A stretch of 64,000 bases of DNA. Origin: Verrucomicrobiia bacterium. GTDB taxonomy: Bacteria > Verrucomicrobiota > Verrucomicrobiia > Verrucomicrobiales > DEV007. The stretch covers positions 1 to 64,000 of the forward strand of contig JAUIAH010000012.1 in assembly GCA_030425385.1 (NCBI GenBank), read 5' to 3'. The position numbers and the translations under genes were made by a program. Of this stretch, positions 1 to 9,196 are shown piece after piece (the stretch's first letter is position 1; every line of letters starts with the position of its first letter). The notes under the pieces are model-generated. The model was not told the DNA's origin and searched no databases. It saw nothing but the letters and a program-made list of their open reading frames with translations.

Positions 1-207
1 GACGCAGAGCGATTACTTTCGATTTAGGCTGGGGCTGGGAAGTTTTACGTCTCTTGTTAGTTTTCACACACCGATTAGACGGCGTGAGCTTTCCGGTTTC
101 CAGCTTTTCTTACGGGATGCCTGTGAAGCGAAATTGAAAGTGTTTTTGAAGGTTTTGACGCAGCGGAAAGTTACGGAATAATTAATGTATTAAATACGTT
201 TTCCGAT

Positions 208-888
208 TTGAGCGTCTCCTACCGAACTGATCGACAGACAGAGCTAGACTCATTGAATGCAGCAGCAGCTTGGGCTTTTAATGATGACGAAATGTGGTTT
301 GGGTCGACACCGACCATTTCAGATGCTGGAATAGTTTTACACGAGTATGTCCACGCTTACAATGACATTAACTCAACATCCGCTGCTGGAATTGTAACTT
401 TAACTCATATCGATACCTCAGCGGATGAAGGTATGGCGTACGCTATTCAATATACCTACACACATTTGGAAATATTGAATTCGTTGAAAGAGAATCTCGA
501 ACAACAGTTTGCTGATCAGTCTGCTGGCGATCCTTCTTGTGACAATATTCGAACTGCCGTTCAATCCATTTGGCCAAGCTCATGGGCATTGCTAACGGAC
601 TCAGGGGTTGAATACCTTGCCTCCAATGCATGGGTGTCTGCATTCCCGCTCTTGGGAGCCGTATTTAGTGCCCATTCGAATCAATCAAGAACCATAGGGC
701 CCAATGATTATCAATCGCTCAGTAATCATTTGGGAGTCTTGCCAGACTGCGATTCGATGGCAAATTTGCTGAACGGATTGCCAGTGATGCAGGCCTGTTG
801 CATTGAGGTAAGCTGTGAAGAATCGGGAACTGACTCCGGTAGGGTTTACAGTGGATTGACTAATGCCTACTCGCTATTTCGAAACTGA
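208..888 (+). CDS. Hypothetical protein with an HExxH motif (VLHEYVHAY); no obvious signal peptide; lies in an AT-rich block. Start uncertain (TTG at 208; first ATG further in).
   Basis: ORF in the AT-rich segment; the H-E-x-x-H zinc-metallopeptidase-like motif is visible in the translation; no other recognisable family signature. Confidence 0.3.
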   Translation: MSVSYRTDRQTELDSLNAAAAWAFNDDEMWFGSTPTISDAGIVLHEYVHAYNDINSTSAAGIVTLTHIDTSADEGMAYAIQYTYTHLEILNSLKENLEQQFADQSAGDPSCDNIRTAVQSIWPSSWALLTDSGVEYLASNAWVSAFPLLGAVFSAHSNQSRTIGPNDYQSLSNHLGVLPDCDSMANLLNGLPVMQACCIEVSCEESGTDSGRVYSGLTNAYSLFRN

Positions 889-902
889 GAGTTTTTAGTG
901 CA

Positions 903-1385
903 ATGAAAGGTGTAAAGCTGATGTTATTGTGTGTGTTTGTCGCATTGGGTGCATATGTTATCCTAAAGGTTGCCAATTCAAAGTTCGATATAGGGATGCA
1001 AAGCTTTACATCTGAAGCGCTCAATCAGCCGAAGGCTCTTTCGGAACATCTCAAAGTGCAGAAGTTGGGGGCCAAGCTTATCATGCGATTGAATGATCTC
1101 GTAAGAATGGTTGAAAGTGAAGGCATGACCGTTGGTGAGGCAGCATACCGTATTCTTGTCGAGTCTGGTATATCGGAGATAACACCGGAGTGGCATGCAA
1201 TGAAAGCCCCATTGGATGGGTGGGGGCAGGCCTATGTAGTGAGATTTGATCTGCCGGAGAAAAATATTGTGTTTTACAGCATTGGCGAGAATGCGACAGA
1301 TGATCGAGGGCTGATTGATGATCTCAATCTAGGTGATGAATATAGGGCACATAAATCTCGTTGGTTTAGCAGTTGGCTTGATTGA
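903..1385 (+). CDS. Type II secretion pseudopilin (GspG)-like C-terminal domain protein. The N-terminus is hydrophobic but lacks the canonical G/F...E prepilin cleavage motif.
   Basis: The C-terminal segment DGWGQAYVVRFDLPEKNIVFYSIGENATDDRGLIDDLNLGDE resembles the GspG C-terminal consensus (DPWGNPY...YSLGADG...). ATG start at 903 with an N-terminal TM-like stretch. Confidence 0.4.
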   Translation: MKGVKLMLLCVFVALGAYVILKVANSKFDIGMQSFTSEALNQPKALSEHLKVQKLGAKLIMRLNDLVRMVESEGMTVGEAAYRILVESGISEITPEWHAMKAPLDGWGQAYVVRFDLPEKNIVFYSIGENATDDRGLIDDLNLGDEYRAHKSRWFSSWLD

Positions 1386-2065
1386 GCGGTACAGAACTGC
1401 AGAGAAGGTTTAAAGGGACAGCAGAAGGTTTAAAGGGACATGGGAAATATAGAGAAAGCAGTTTTACGAATGCGGAACAATGCCCAAGAACGGGACAATG
1501 CGAACAATGCCCAAGAACGGAACAGGACCACAGTCGTAATGGCCTTGACAACCACCGCCCCACCGGCTTCCAAATCGGCACCGCAGCGGACCCCAACCAA
1601 GACTACGAGGTCCGTTACGGCTACGACCACGTCAATCGCCTCAGCAGCGTCGCCGCCCAAGGTTACTGGTTCGAATACGAATACGACTACCTGGAAAACT
1701 CTACGACCGACCGCCTCCACAAAACCCGCGCCCCCTTCATCAAGGAAACGGAATGGACCTACGAACCCGGCCGTGATACCATCACCAGCGTGACCAACCG
1801 CGTCGGCTTTCACCTCGATCAGCAGATCTCGCAGTACACCTACGAGAACAACGCCGACGCCCAACGCACCGCCCGCACCAGCACCCAAGCGGGTAACACC
1901 TGGACGGACCACTTCAGCTACGACCCCGACACCGGAGGCATCACCGCCAGCAACCCAGACACCAAAGAGCGAGAGCCTGAGGCCTATCAATACGACAAAA
2001 TCGGCAACCGCCTAGAAGCAACAAAAGGCACCCAACATTTAAAGGGACAGGAGAGCCACATTTAA
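1382..2065 (+). pseudogene. Truncated RHS/YD-repeat protein fragment. It has neither an N-terminal domain nor a C-terminal toxin tip, and the reading frame runs into a tandem repeat array.
   Basis: Multiple YD-repeat motifs are present: RYGYDHVNRL, WFEYEYDYLENSTTDRL, FSYDPDTGGITA, YQYDKIGNRL. The ORF begins at the compositional junction and its last codons translate the 23-bp tandem repeat. Confidence 0.5.
1404..1525. repeat. Repeat-rich junction. Two 20-bp tandem copies of gaaggtttaaagggaca(gca) lie at 1404-1443, followed by two 27-bp tandem copies of gaacaatgcccaagaacgg(gacaatgc) at 1475-1525.
   Basis: Direct repeats read from the sequence. They coincide with the switch from AT-rich to GC-rich composition. 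Confidence 0.7.
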
Positions 2066-2124
2066 AGGGACAGGAGAGCCACATTTAAAGGGACAGGAGA
2101 GCCACATTTAAAGGGACAGGAGAA
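2036..2124. repeat. Tandem array of about 3.9 copies of the 23-bp unit catttaaagggacaggagagcca. It shares the TTTAAAGGGACAG core with the 1404-1443 repeats.
   Basis: Perfect head-to-tail copies at 2036-2058, 2059-2081 and 2082-2104, and a partial copy at 2105-2124. The array overlaps the 3' end of the RHS fragment ORF. Confidence 0.85.
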
Positions 2125-2174
2125 ATAATGGGAAAGCAGTTGTCAAGATCAAGAGGTGGGTGTAGGTCCGGATT

Positions 2175-3212
2175 ATGAGGAAGCCGCGTCGCATGCTGTT
2201 AGTCGAGGGGCCGCAGTGTTTTCACGTCGTATTACGTGTCAATGGACGGCATTTCCTGTTGGATGAGGAGTCGAAGGAGCGGTTTGCGAAGCTGCTGCGG
2301 AAGGTGGAGCGCTTTGCGAATGTGACCGTGGTGACGTGGACGATGCTGGACAACCATCTGCATTTGGTGCTGCAGGTGCCGGAGACGATTGGGGTGGATG
2401 ATTTGCCGGAGGAGGAGTTCTGGGCGCGGTTGAGTGCGTTGTATTCTCGGGAGGAGATGGATGCGATTCGGGCGCGGATCGCGTCGTTTTATAGGCTGAA
2501 TGGGGGCGCGACGGCGGTGGTGCAGGAGAAGGCGTATCGACAGGACTTCGTGAATCGGATGCACGATCTTTCCGAGTTTATGAAGACGCTTATGCAGCGG
2601 TTCACGGTGTGGTTTAACAAGCGTCATGAGCGGGTGGGGCGGCTTTGGGAGCAGCGTTTTAAGAGTGTGGTGATTGAGGGTGGTTGGGACGCCTTGATGA
2701 CGGTGGCGGGGTATGTGGATCTGAACGCGGTGCGGGCGGGGATGGTGGAGGATCCGAAGGATTATCGGTGGTGCGGCTATGCGGAGGCGGTGGCGGGGAA
2801 ACAGGCGGCGCGTCGTGGATTGGGCTTTCTGATGCAGGAGGAAGCGTTGCGCGAGGGTCGGGCGATTCCGAATTGGCGCGTGGTGGGGCGTGAGTATCGG
2901 CGGGTGTTGTTTGGGATGGGGGAGGCGCAGGTGACGGCAAGTGGAGAGGTGGTGCGGAAGGGGGCGTCTGCGGAAGCGGTGGCGGCGGTGCGTGAGGCAG
3001 GTGGGGCGTTGTCGTTGGCGGCGCTGTTGCGGTGTCGGGTGCGTTACTTCACGGATGGCGTGGTGATAGGGTCGAAGGGGTTTGTGGATGGGTTCTTTGA
3101 GGCGAAGCGGGAATACTTTGGGCCGAAGCGGAAGGATGGAGGACGGAAGATGCGTGGAGGAGATTGGGGAGAGTTGCGGTCGTTGCGCGACCTGCGGGAA
3201 CGATTGGAGTGA
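2175..3212 (+). CDS. IS200-like / REP-associated tyrosine transposase (Y1 HUH, GRYKS-type family) homolog. The presumed catalytic Tyr position reads Phe (LWEQRFKS).
   Basis: HUH motif LDNHLHLVLQ. Downstream block GRLWEQRFKSVVIEG...YVDLNAVRAGMVEDPKDYRWCGY matches the G.LFQGRYKS...YIHLNPVRAGLV..P.DY.WSS pattern of this transposase family (consensus recalled from memory). The Gly/Arg-rich C-terminal tail is longer than in classical TnpA. Confidence 0.55.
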   Translation: MRKPRRMLLVEGPQCFHVVLRVNGRHFLLDEESKERFAKLLRKVERFANVTVVTWTMLDNHLHLVLQVPETIGVDDLPEEEFWARLSALYSREEMDAIRARIASFYRLNGGATAVVQEKAYRQDFVNRMHDLSEFMKTLMQRFTVWFNKRHERVGRLWEQRFKSVVIEGGWDALMTVAGYVDLNAVRAGMVEDPKDYRWCGYAEAVAGKQAARRGLGFLMQEEALREGRAIPNWRVVGREYRRVLFGMGEAQVTASGEVVRKGASAEAVAAVREAGGALSLAALLRCRVRYFTDGVVIGSKGFVDGFFEAKREYFGPKRKDGGRKMRGGDWGELRSLRDLRERLE

Positions 3213-3642
3213 TAGAGAACCACAAATGGACACGAAAGAGAGCGGAGTGATGGAAGCTGAAGGGGTTGGAGGGAGGCCGCGTGGGGAGATGAAGAGGGCT
3301 CGAGTAGTCGCCAAGGCGCAGAGGTGTTGTTAGAGCGGATTGGTGAGTGTTAGAACCTTGAGTGAATGAAGGCGAATGATCATGTGGATAGGCCGTCTTC
3401 AGGGAAAACGGAAGGGCCCTGAAGTTTGGACCACAGATCATCACCGATGAACACCGATGGATTTGATCGGTGCTTTGGAATTTGTGAGGTTGGGTGGGGT
3501 GATAGGGAAGTACGAAAGGAAAGTGGGCGAGAGTGAGGAAGGCTCGCGCAGTGTTGTTAGGCGGAAAGAGTTCGTTGGAATCTCACGATTCACGACTGTG
3601 AGCCGCGTCTCTCCTCGAATGGAATGTGATGAGAGATTAGTG

Positions 3643-4617
3643 TCAGGCGAAGGCTTTCATGAAACCGACCTCGATGGCAAGGGCGTCTTGCACGGTGGTT
3701 TCTAAGTGTCCACGCAGGTCTTCTAATGCCGCATAACGTTTGTTCAGTTCGGCGGGAGACAGGCCCTGAGCCACGCTTTGCGCGAGGCCCGCGTGAGCTT
3801 TGAAATCGAGCCGATCATAGCCCGCTTGGAGGCGGAGGGCATCGCCGAGGAAACTGAGCACTGCTTCCAACATCGACGTGCGTCGTTGGACGTATTCGGA
3901 TTCGGTGCGGTCTTTATAAAAGATCTCGCGTCGTTTCAACCAATCCCCATCGGTGGTCTCGCGGTAGCGATCCAATTCCTCGCGGAGCGCGTCGTCGTTT
4001 CCCTTGGTGATTTCCTCTTTCTCTGCTCTGAGGATGCCAGTGAAGGTCCGGGCGAGGATGAGGGCTCGCGAGAGGCTCCGGCGCGAGTCGGCTAGAGTGC
4101 CAGCCGCTGCTTGGAGGAAGTTTTGAAAGGTCTGTGAGAACTGCGGCTGGTGCCCTTCCTTGGAATAGAGTGGGACCTGCAAACAACGCGAACGGATGGT
4201 GTCTAACAATTGTTCGGGTTGTGCGGTGAGGAGGAGGAGCAGGGTTCCTGGAGGTGGCTCTTCTAACGTTTTGAGAAAGGCATTCTCAGATTCCGCTTGG
4301 AGTCGATCGGCATCTTGGATCACGCCGATCTTGGTCATTCCCGGGCGACCGGACAGGTGTAACTGTTTCTCCAGCGCGCGAATCTGATCGATCTTGATCC
4401 GACGCATGCGCGATTCGGGGCGGATGAGAAAGACGTGAGGATCGCGAATCTGGCTCACCGCGGTGGCGTGAAGGTCATTGGTGAGGGCGATCAGACGCAG
4501 GGCAAGGGCTTCTTTGCCTGCGCCTTCGGGACCGGTGAGGAGGTAGGCGTGCGCGAGCCGATCCTCGGCATGGGAACGCTGTAAGTAGCCAAAGGCCTGA
4601 TCAATCAAGAAGGCCAT
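3643..4617 (-). CDS. holB: DNA polymerase III subunit delta prime
   Basis: AAA-like clamp-loader motifs HAYLLTGPEGAGKEALALRL and SRC motif TIRSRC. I chose the internal Met (MAFLIDQ) as start because the longer ORF overlaps tmk; the 17-nt overlap with the tmk stop is typical of a tmk-holB operon. Confidence 0.8.
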   Translation of the reverse strand: MAFLIDQAFGYLQRSHAEDRLAHAYLLTGPEGAGKEALALRLIALTNDLHATAVSQIRDPHVFLIRPESRMRRIKIDQIRALEKQLHLSGRPGMTKIGVIQDADRLQAESENAFLKTLEEPPPGTLLLLLTAQPEQLLDTIRSRCLQVPLYSKEGHQPQFSQTFQNFLQAAAGTLADSRRSLSRALILARTFTGILRAEKEEITKGNDDALREELDRYRETTDGDWLKRREIFYKDRTESEYVQRRTSMLEAVLSFLGDALRLQAGYDRLDFKAHAGLAQSVAQGLSPAELNKRYAALEDLRGHLETTVQDALAIEVGFMKAFA

Positions 4618-5311
4618 CGTAACGTTCGGTGAGGGTTGCCCAGATGCGTTCTGCGATGGTGCTGACCTTCTCCATGGCATCAATGATGACAAACCGGTTA
4701 GGCTCCTTCTTTGCGAGATCGAGGTAGCCTTGGCGTACCTGATGGAAGAAGGCCTCTGGCATCTTCTCAATCCGATCGAGATCGGCATTGCCCCGAGTCG
4801 TCATGCGCCGTCGCGAATCCGATGGATCGATGTCCATCAGGAACGTGATATCGGGAAGGCAGTCGCCCACCGCGATGCCATTGATGGTCTCCACCATCTC
4901 CGTGGGCAAACCGCGCGCGACGCCTTGATAGATGGTGGTGGAATCGAGAAAGCGATCGGCAATGACGATCTTGCCGCTTGCGATGGCGGGGCTGATCACT
5001 TCCGAGACGAGCTCCGTTCGGCTGGCGGCGAAGAGGAGGAGTTCCGCCTTATCAGTGATTTCTCGGCGGTCATCTGCCTGCTGCAGAATGCGCCGCACAT
5101 CCTCGCCCAACACGGTGCCGCCGGGTTCGCGTGTGAGCACAAGCCGATCCCCGAGACGTCGCAGCCGCCGCCGCAGTTCCTTGATCTGCGTGGATTTGCC
5201 GCAACCGTCCACGCCTTCAAAGCTAATGAAGATCCCGCGTCGGCTCACGGAGGCATAGGAAGCCGAGGGGGCGACTTTGCCAAGAGAAATTCTTGGCAGA
5301 CCGGCAGGCAA
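4601..5311 (-). CDS. tmk: Thymidylate kinase
   Basis: P-loop FISFEGVDGCGKST and the dTMP-binding and lid regions; sits upstream of holB on the same strand. Confidence 0.85.
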   Translation of the reverse strand: MPAGLPRISLGKVAPSASYASVSRRGIFISFEGVDGCGKSTQIKELRRRLRRLGDRLVLTREPGGTVLGEDVRRILQQADDRREITDKAELLLFAASRTELVSEVISPAIASGKIVIADRFLDSTTIYQGVARGLPTEMVETINGIAVGDCLPDITFLMDIDPSDSRRRMTTRGNADLDRIEKMPEAFFHQVRQGYLDLAKKEPNRFVIIDAMEKVSTIAERIWATLTERYDGLLD

Positions 5312-5339
5312 TCGTGGGGTTCATTTCAAAAGCCTCGTC

Positions 5340-7676
5340 ATGAAGCGATTCCTCCTCCTCACCTTCTTTCTCGTCTCGGGGCTTGCCGCGAGCGAGTCGA
5401 CCCATTGGGCGTTTCAACCCGTTACCGACGTCGGTCTTCCTGATGACCTGGGAGAAAGCCCCACTGCTTTGGATGCCTGGCATGAGGCGGCCTTGAAGAA
5501 ACAAGGCTTGGAGCGGAGCCCGACGGCTTCTCGTGAGGTCCTGGCGCGCCGCCTTGCCTACCATCTCCATGGATTGCCACCGGAACCTTCCGCAGCACAG
5601 CCGTTTGTCGATGATCCTTCGCCCAATGCGGTGTCACGTCATGTGGATCGTTTGTTAGCATCACCGCGCTTTGGGGAACGCTGGGCGCGGCACTGGATGG
5701 ACGTGGCGCGCTATGCCGATAACAAAGGCTACGTCTTTGAAGAGGAGCGTCGTTACCCTTACGCCTACACGTATCGCGACTGGTTGGTGACATCCTTCAA
5801 TCACGACTTGCCTTATGATGCCTTCATCACCCAGCAAATCGCGGGAGATCATGTGGCGACAGTGTCAGGGGATTCGAAAGCTCATGCGGCCCTTGGATTT
5901 CTCACCTTGGGGCGCCGCTTTCTCAATCGCCAACCAGACATCATCGATGACCGGATCGATGTCGTCACACGTGGTGTGTTAGGGCTCACGGTGGCGTGTG
6001 CACGCTGTCATGATCACAAATCAGATCCTATCCCAATTGAGGACTACTATTCGCTCTACGGAGTCTTCGCGAGTTCCTACGAGCCTGACGAAAAGCCTTT
6101 GTTAGGCGAAGCGGACACGACATCTCCAGACTATCAGCAGTATCTCAAAGAAGCCGAAGAGCATCAGGCAGCGATTGATCGTTTCTTTAATGAACGGCAT
6201 GCCAAGCTGCGTACGGCACCGGTTCTCGAAGCGTATTTCCGCTTGGTTCATGAAGGACGTGGATGGGATGACACGCGATTGTCTTCTCAAGCGCAAAGCG
6301 AGAAACTTTATCAGAAGATCGCTCTCCGGTGGCGGGACAGGATCACGCATTACCTCGATGAGAACCATCCCGTCTTCGTGCCATGGAAAGCATTGGCCGA
6401 GGGGCGATCTCTTGAGACGGTGAAATCCGAGAGTCACCCCCTCATTTGGCAAGCCCTGGCGGATGCCCGCGTTTCTAGCATTGAGACACTGATTCCGATC
6501 GTGGCGAAGACCATCGCCGAGGCGAATGCTGAGGAGCCTCACGAAGATGCGCATTTGGAAGCGCTGCGGCAATTGCTCGTTGCCAAGGATTCGCCCACAG
6601 GGCTGAAGCCAGAGGCGCTTTATCGGATCTTCAACACTCCAGATCAGCAAGCAGTCCGTCGCTTACGCCGTGAGCGCGAGAAGCATCAGGCGCTGTCTCC
6701 GGGAGCGCCCCCGCGTGGGATGACCTTGTTAGACAAAGAGAAGCCTGTCGAGCCTCACGTGTTCGTTCGTGGCAATGAGCGGGTGCGTGGTGATCAGGTG
6801 CCGCGTCAGTATCTTGCGGTGCTTTCGGGCGAAGAGCGGAAGCCATTTGCGCGTGGTAGTGGGCGGGCGGAATTGGCAGAGGCCCTGGTGGCACCGGGGA
6901 ACCCGCTCACGGCGCGGGTCCTCGTGAATCGCGTCTGGCTGCATTTATTCGGCGCAGCGATTGTCGAATCGCCAAGTGACTTCGGGGTGCAAACGGCTGA
7001 GCCCGATCTGCGCCACGTCATGGACCGCTTGGCGAGCGATTTCATGCGAGACGGCTGGTCCATGAAGAAGCTGATCCGCGAGGTGGTAAGCTCAAGAGCC
7101 TATCGACAGGACAGTGTTGCCTCTGAGAAAGCGCTAGAAGAAGATCCGGAGAATCGGTGGTTTACCCGCATGAATCGGCAGCGTTTGGGCTTTGAATCCA
7201 TGCGCGATGCCTTGATCTCTGTGGGGCAAGGCTTGGATCTCAAGACTGGCGGCCATGCCGTGGCGCTCTTTGAGAAGCCGTTCACCCCACGACGAGCGCT
7301 TTATGGCTTCATCGATCGGCAGAATCTGCCGAGCACCTTTCGCACCTTTGACATGGCCAGTCCTGATGCGCACACGCCGCAGCGGCTAGAGACTATCGTT
7401 CCCCAACAAGCGCTCTTCATGATGAATGGTCCACTGGTGGAGGAACAGGCGGCGAGACTGGGTCGCGCGTCGGAGGTGAAAGCCGACCGGGATTCGCCTA
7501 GCAAAGCGATTGCCGCGCTCTATCATCAACTCTATTTCCGAACGCCAGCGCAGGAAGAAGTCGCGCTCGGTGAGATGTTTGTCGAGAATTGGCAAGCGAC
7601 CGATGCATTTGCCAATGCCTGGGAGGCCTACGCGCATGCGCTTCTATGTGCCAATGAGTTTCTCTTCATCGATTAA
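5340..7676 (+). CDS. DUF1549/DUF1553 (PSD1-type) secreted protein
   Basis: Signal peptide MKRFLLLTFFLVSGLAAS. DUF1549 block RWARHWMDVARYADNKGY...NHDLPYDAFITQQIAGD. DUF1553 block CARCHDHKSDPI. Followed by a DUF1501 gene, the classic PVC pairing. Confidence 0.85.
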   Translation: MKRFLLLTFFLVSGLAASESTHWAFQPVTDVGLPDDLGESPTALDAWHEAALKKQGLERSPTASREVLARRLAYHLHGLPPEPSAAQPFVDDPSPNAVSRHVDRLLASPRFGERWARHWMDVARYADNKGYVFEEERRYPYAYTYRDWLVTSFNHDLPYDAFITQQIAGDHVATVSGDSKAHAALGFLTLGRRFLNRQPDIIDDRIDVVTRGVLGLTVACARCHDHKSDPIPIEDYYSLYGVFASSYEPDEKPLLGEADTTSPDYQQYLKEAEEHQAAIDRFFNERHAKLRTAPVLEAYFRLVHEGRGWDDTRLSSQAQSEKLYQKIALRWRDRITHYLDENHPVFVPWKALAEGRSLETVKSESHPLIWQALADARVSSIETLIPIVAKTIAEANAEEPHEDAHLEALRQLLVAKDSPTGLKPEALYRIFNTPDQQAVRRLRREREKHQALSPGAPPRGMTLLDKEKPVEPHVFVRGNERVRGDQVPRQYLAVLSGEERKPFARGSGRAELAEALVAPGNPLTARVLVNRVWLHLFGAAIVESPSDFGVQTAEPDLRHVMDRLASDFMRDGWSMKKLIREVVSSRAYRQDSVASEKALEEDPENRWFTRMNRQRLGFESMRDALISVGQGLDLKTGGHAVALFEKPFTPRRALYGFIDRQNLPSTFRTFDMASPDAHTPQRLETIVPQQALFMMNGPLVEEQAARLGRASEVKADRDSPSKAIAALYHQLYFRTPAQEEVALGEMFVENWQATDAFANAWEAYAHALLCANEFLFID

Positions 7677-9131
7677 TTGATTGATCACCCCTCTGAACCG
7701 ATGCCAAATCACCATCCTGACGAACTCCGTCATCATTTCTACACGCGGCGCGACTTCCTATCGAAAGTCGGCATGGGCATGGGGGCGGCGGCCTTCGGTG
7801 CCCTGATGGGCAAGGCGGACGGGCGCCTGAATCCCTGGAGTTCGCGGCCTGCGCAATTCCAGGGGCGAGCTAAGCGGGTCATCCACCTCTTCATGAATGG
7901 GGGGCCCTCACAGGTAGACACGTTTGATCCCAAGCCGCAATTGACGAAATACCACGGGCAGGAGTTGCCCATGGAGAATCTGCGGACCGAGCGCAAGACG
8001 GGTGCGGGCTACCGGTCGCCCTTCACCTTTGGCAAGTACGGGCAAAGTGGCATTGATGTCAGTGATATCTTTCCCCACGTCGCCAAGTGCGCGGATGATC
8101 TCTGTGTCATCCGCTCCATGCATGCGGATGTGCCCAACCACGAGCCCTCCCTGATGCTCATGAACTGCGGTGAGGCACGCCTGGTCCGTCCGAGCATGGG
8201 TTCTTGGGTAACCTATGGCCTGGGCACGTCCAATCAGAATCTCCCTGGCTTCATCACCATGTGTCCCGGTGGTTACCCCATCCAGGAATCGCAGAATTGG
8301 CAAGCGGGCTTTCTTCCAGGATCCTATCAAGGAACTTACATTGATACCAAGCACAAGGAGGTGGAGAAGCTAATCGAGAACATCCGCAACAGTCGGATGG
8401 ATCAGGGCCAGCAGCGGCAGCAATTGGATCTCTTACAAAGACTGAATCAGCGGCATCTCGAACGCCGTCAGGCGGATGGCCAATTGGAGGCACGATTACA
8501 ATCTTTCGAGTTGGCGTATCGGATGCAAATGGACGCCACGGATGCCTTTGACATCCAACGAGAGCCCGAGTACATCCGTGACCTCTATGGTGGTGGGACT
8601 CAAGGACGCCAACTCTTGATCGCGCGGCGCTTGGTGGAGCGGGGCGTGCGTTTCGTGCAAGTGTGGCATGGTCCCGGTCAACCTTGGGATAATCACGATG
8701 ACATCGAAACACGGCACCGCAAGCTCGCTCAAGAGTGCGACCAGGCGATTGGGGCACTCCTCACCGATCTCAAACAGCGCGGCATGTTAGAAGATACATT
8801 GGTCATTTGGGGAGGGGAGTTTGGACGCACGCCTACAGTCGAATTGCCCACGCCAGGTGCGAATGCCGGTAAGGTCAATGGTAGGGATCACAACCATTAC
8901 GGCTTCACGATGTGGATGGCCGGTGGCGGCGTGAAAGGCGGATACATTCATGGGGCCACGGACGAGTTTGGCTTCAAGGCTGTGGAAAAGCCCGTGCATG
9001 TGCATGATTTGCATGCCACTATCTTGCATTTGTTAGGATTTGACCACGAGCAATTAACTTACCATTACGCCGGGCGCGATTTCCGGCTCACAGATGTGCA
9101 CGGGCACGTCGTCCACGACATCATTGCCTAG
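7677..9131 (+). CDS. DUF1501 family protein (sulfatase-like fold) with Tat signal
   Basis: Twin-arginine motif RRDFLSKVGMGMGAAAFGAL and conserved WGGEFGRTP motif. Start abuts the stop of the upstream DUF1549/1553 gene. Confidence 0.85.
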   Translation: MIDHPSEPMPNHHPDELRHHFYTRRDFLSKVGMGMGAAAFGALMGKADGRLNPWSSRPAQFQGRAKRVIHLFMNGGPSQVDTFDPKPQLTKYHGQELPMENLRTERKTGAGYRSPFTFGKYGQSGIDVSDIFPHVAKCADDLCVIRSMHADVPNHEPSLMLMNCGEARLVRPSMGSWVTYGLGTSNQNLPGFITMCPGGYPIQESQNWQAGFLPGSYQGTYIDTKHKEVEKLIENIRNSRMDQGQQRQQLDLLQRLNQRHLERRQADGQLEARLQSFELAYRMQMDATDAFDIQREPEYIRDLYGGGTQGRQLLIARRLVERGVRFVQVWHGPGQPWDNHDDIETRHRKLAQECDQAIGALLTDLKQRGMLEDTLVIWGGEFGRTPTVELPTPGANAGKVNGRDHNHYGFTMWMAGGGVKGGYIHGATDEFGFKAVEKPVHVHDLHATILHLLGFDHEQLTYHYAGRDFRLTDVHGHVVHDIIA

Positions 9132-9196
9132 TTGAGGCTTGTCAGGGATGGAGCGGGTCTTCTAGATTCTAGCTCGTTAATTTAGAAATCCCATCC

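Noticed and set aside
2036-2124. 23-bp tandem array considered as a possible CRISPR array
   Set aside because: Copies abut head-to-tail with no spacers and no cas genes nearby. It is a simple tandem repeat.
2232-3314. Long antisense ORFs overlapping real genes (e.g. 2232..3314 minus within the transposase gene; 30424..31164 plus ORFs inside flotillin; 55116..55685 and 56339..56833 plus inside smc; 1430..1990 minus inside the RHS fragment)
   Set aside because: Typical high-GC frame artefacts. Low-complexity Arg/Pro/Ser/Ala-rich translations, no start context, and entirely contained within genes that have strong family signatures on the opposite strand.
3441-3472. Short hairpin caccgat-N7-atcggtg with an adjacent direct repeat (t/a)caccgatg, between the transposase homolog and holB; considered as a REP-like element for the HUH protein
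   Set aside because: Single copy, only a 7-bp stem, and no second copy on the other side of the gene. Insufficient to call a REP/BIME.
3213-3642. 430-bp purine-rich intergenic region between transposase homolog and holB, checked for a small RNA or tRNA
   Set aside because: No cloverleaf or conserved ncRNA motif recognisable by eye. The 61-83 aa ORFs here are probably spurious.
4601-4788. Longer annotation of holB (3643..4788) overlapping tmk by 188 nt
   Set aside because: An internal Met (MAFLIDQ, start 4617) gives a standard ~324-aa delta-prime and a short 17-nt overlap with tmk. The extension has no homology-like features.
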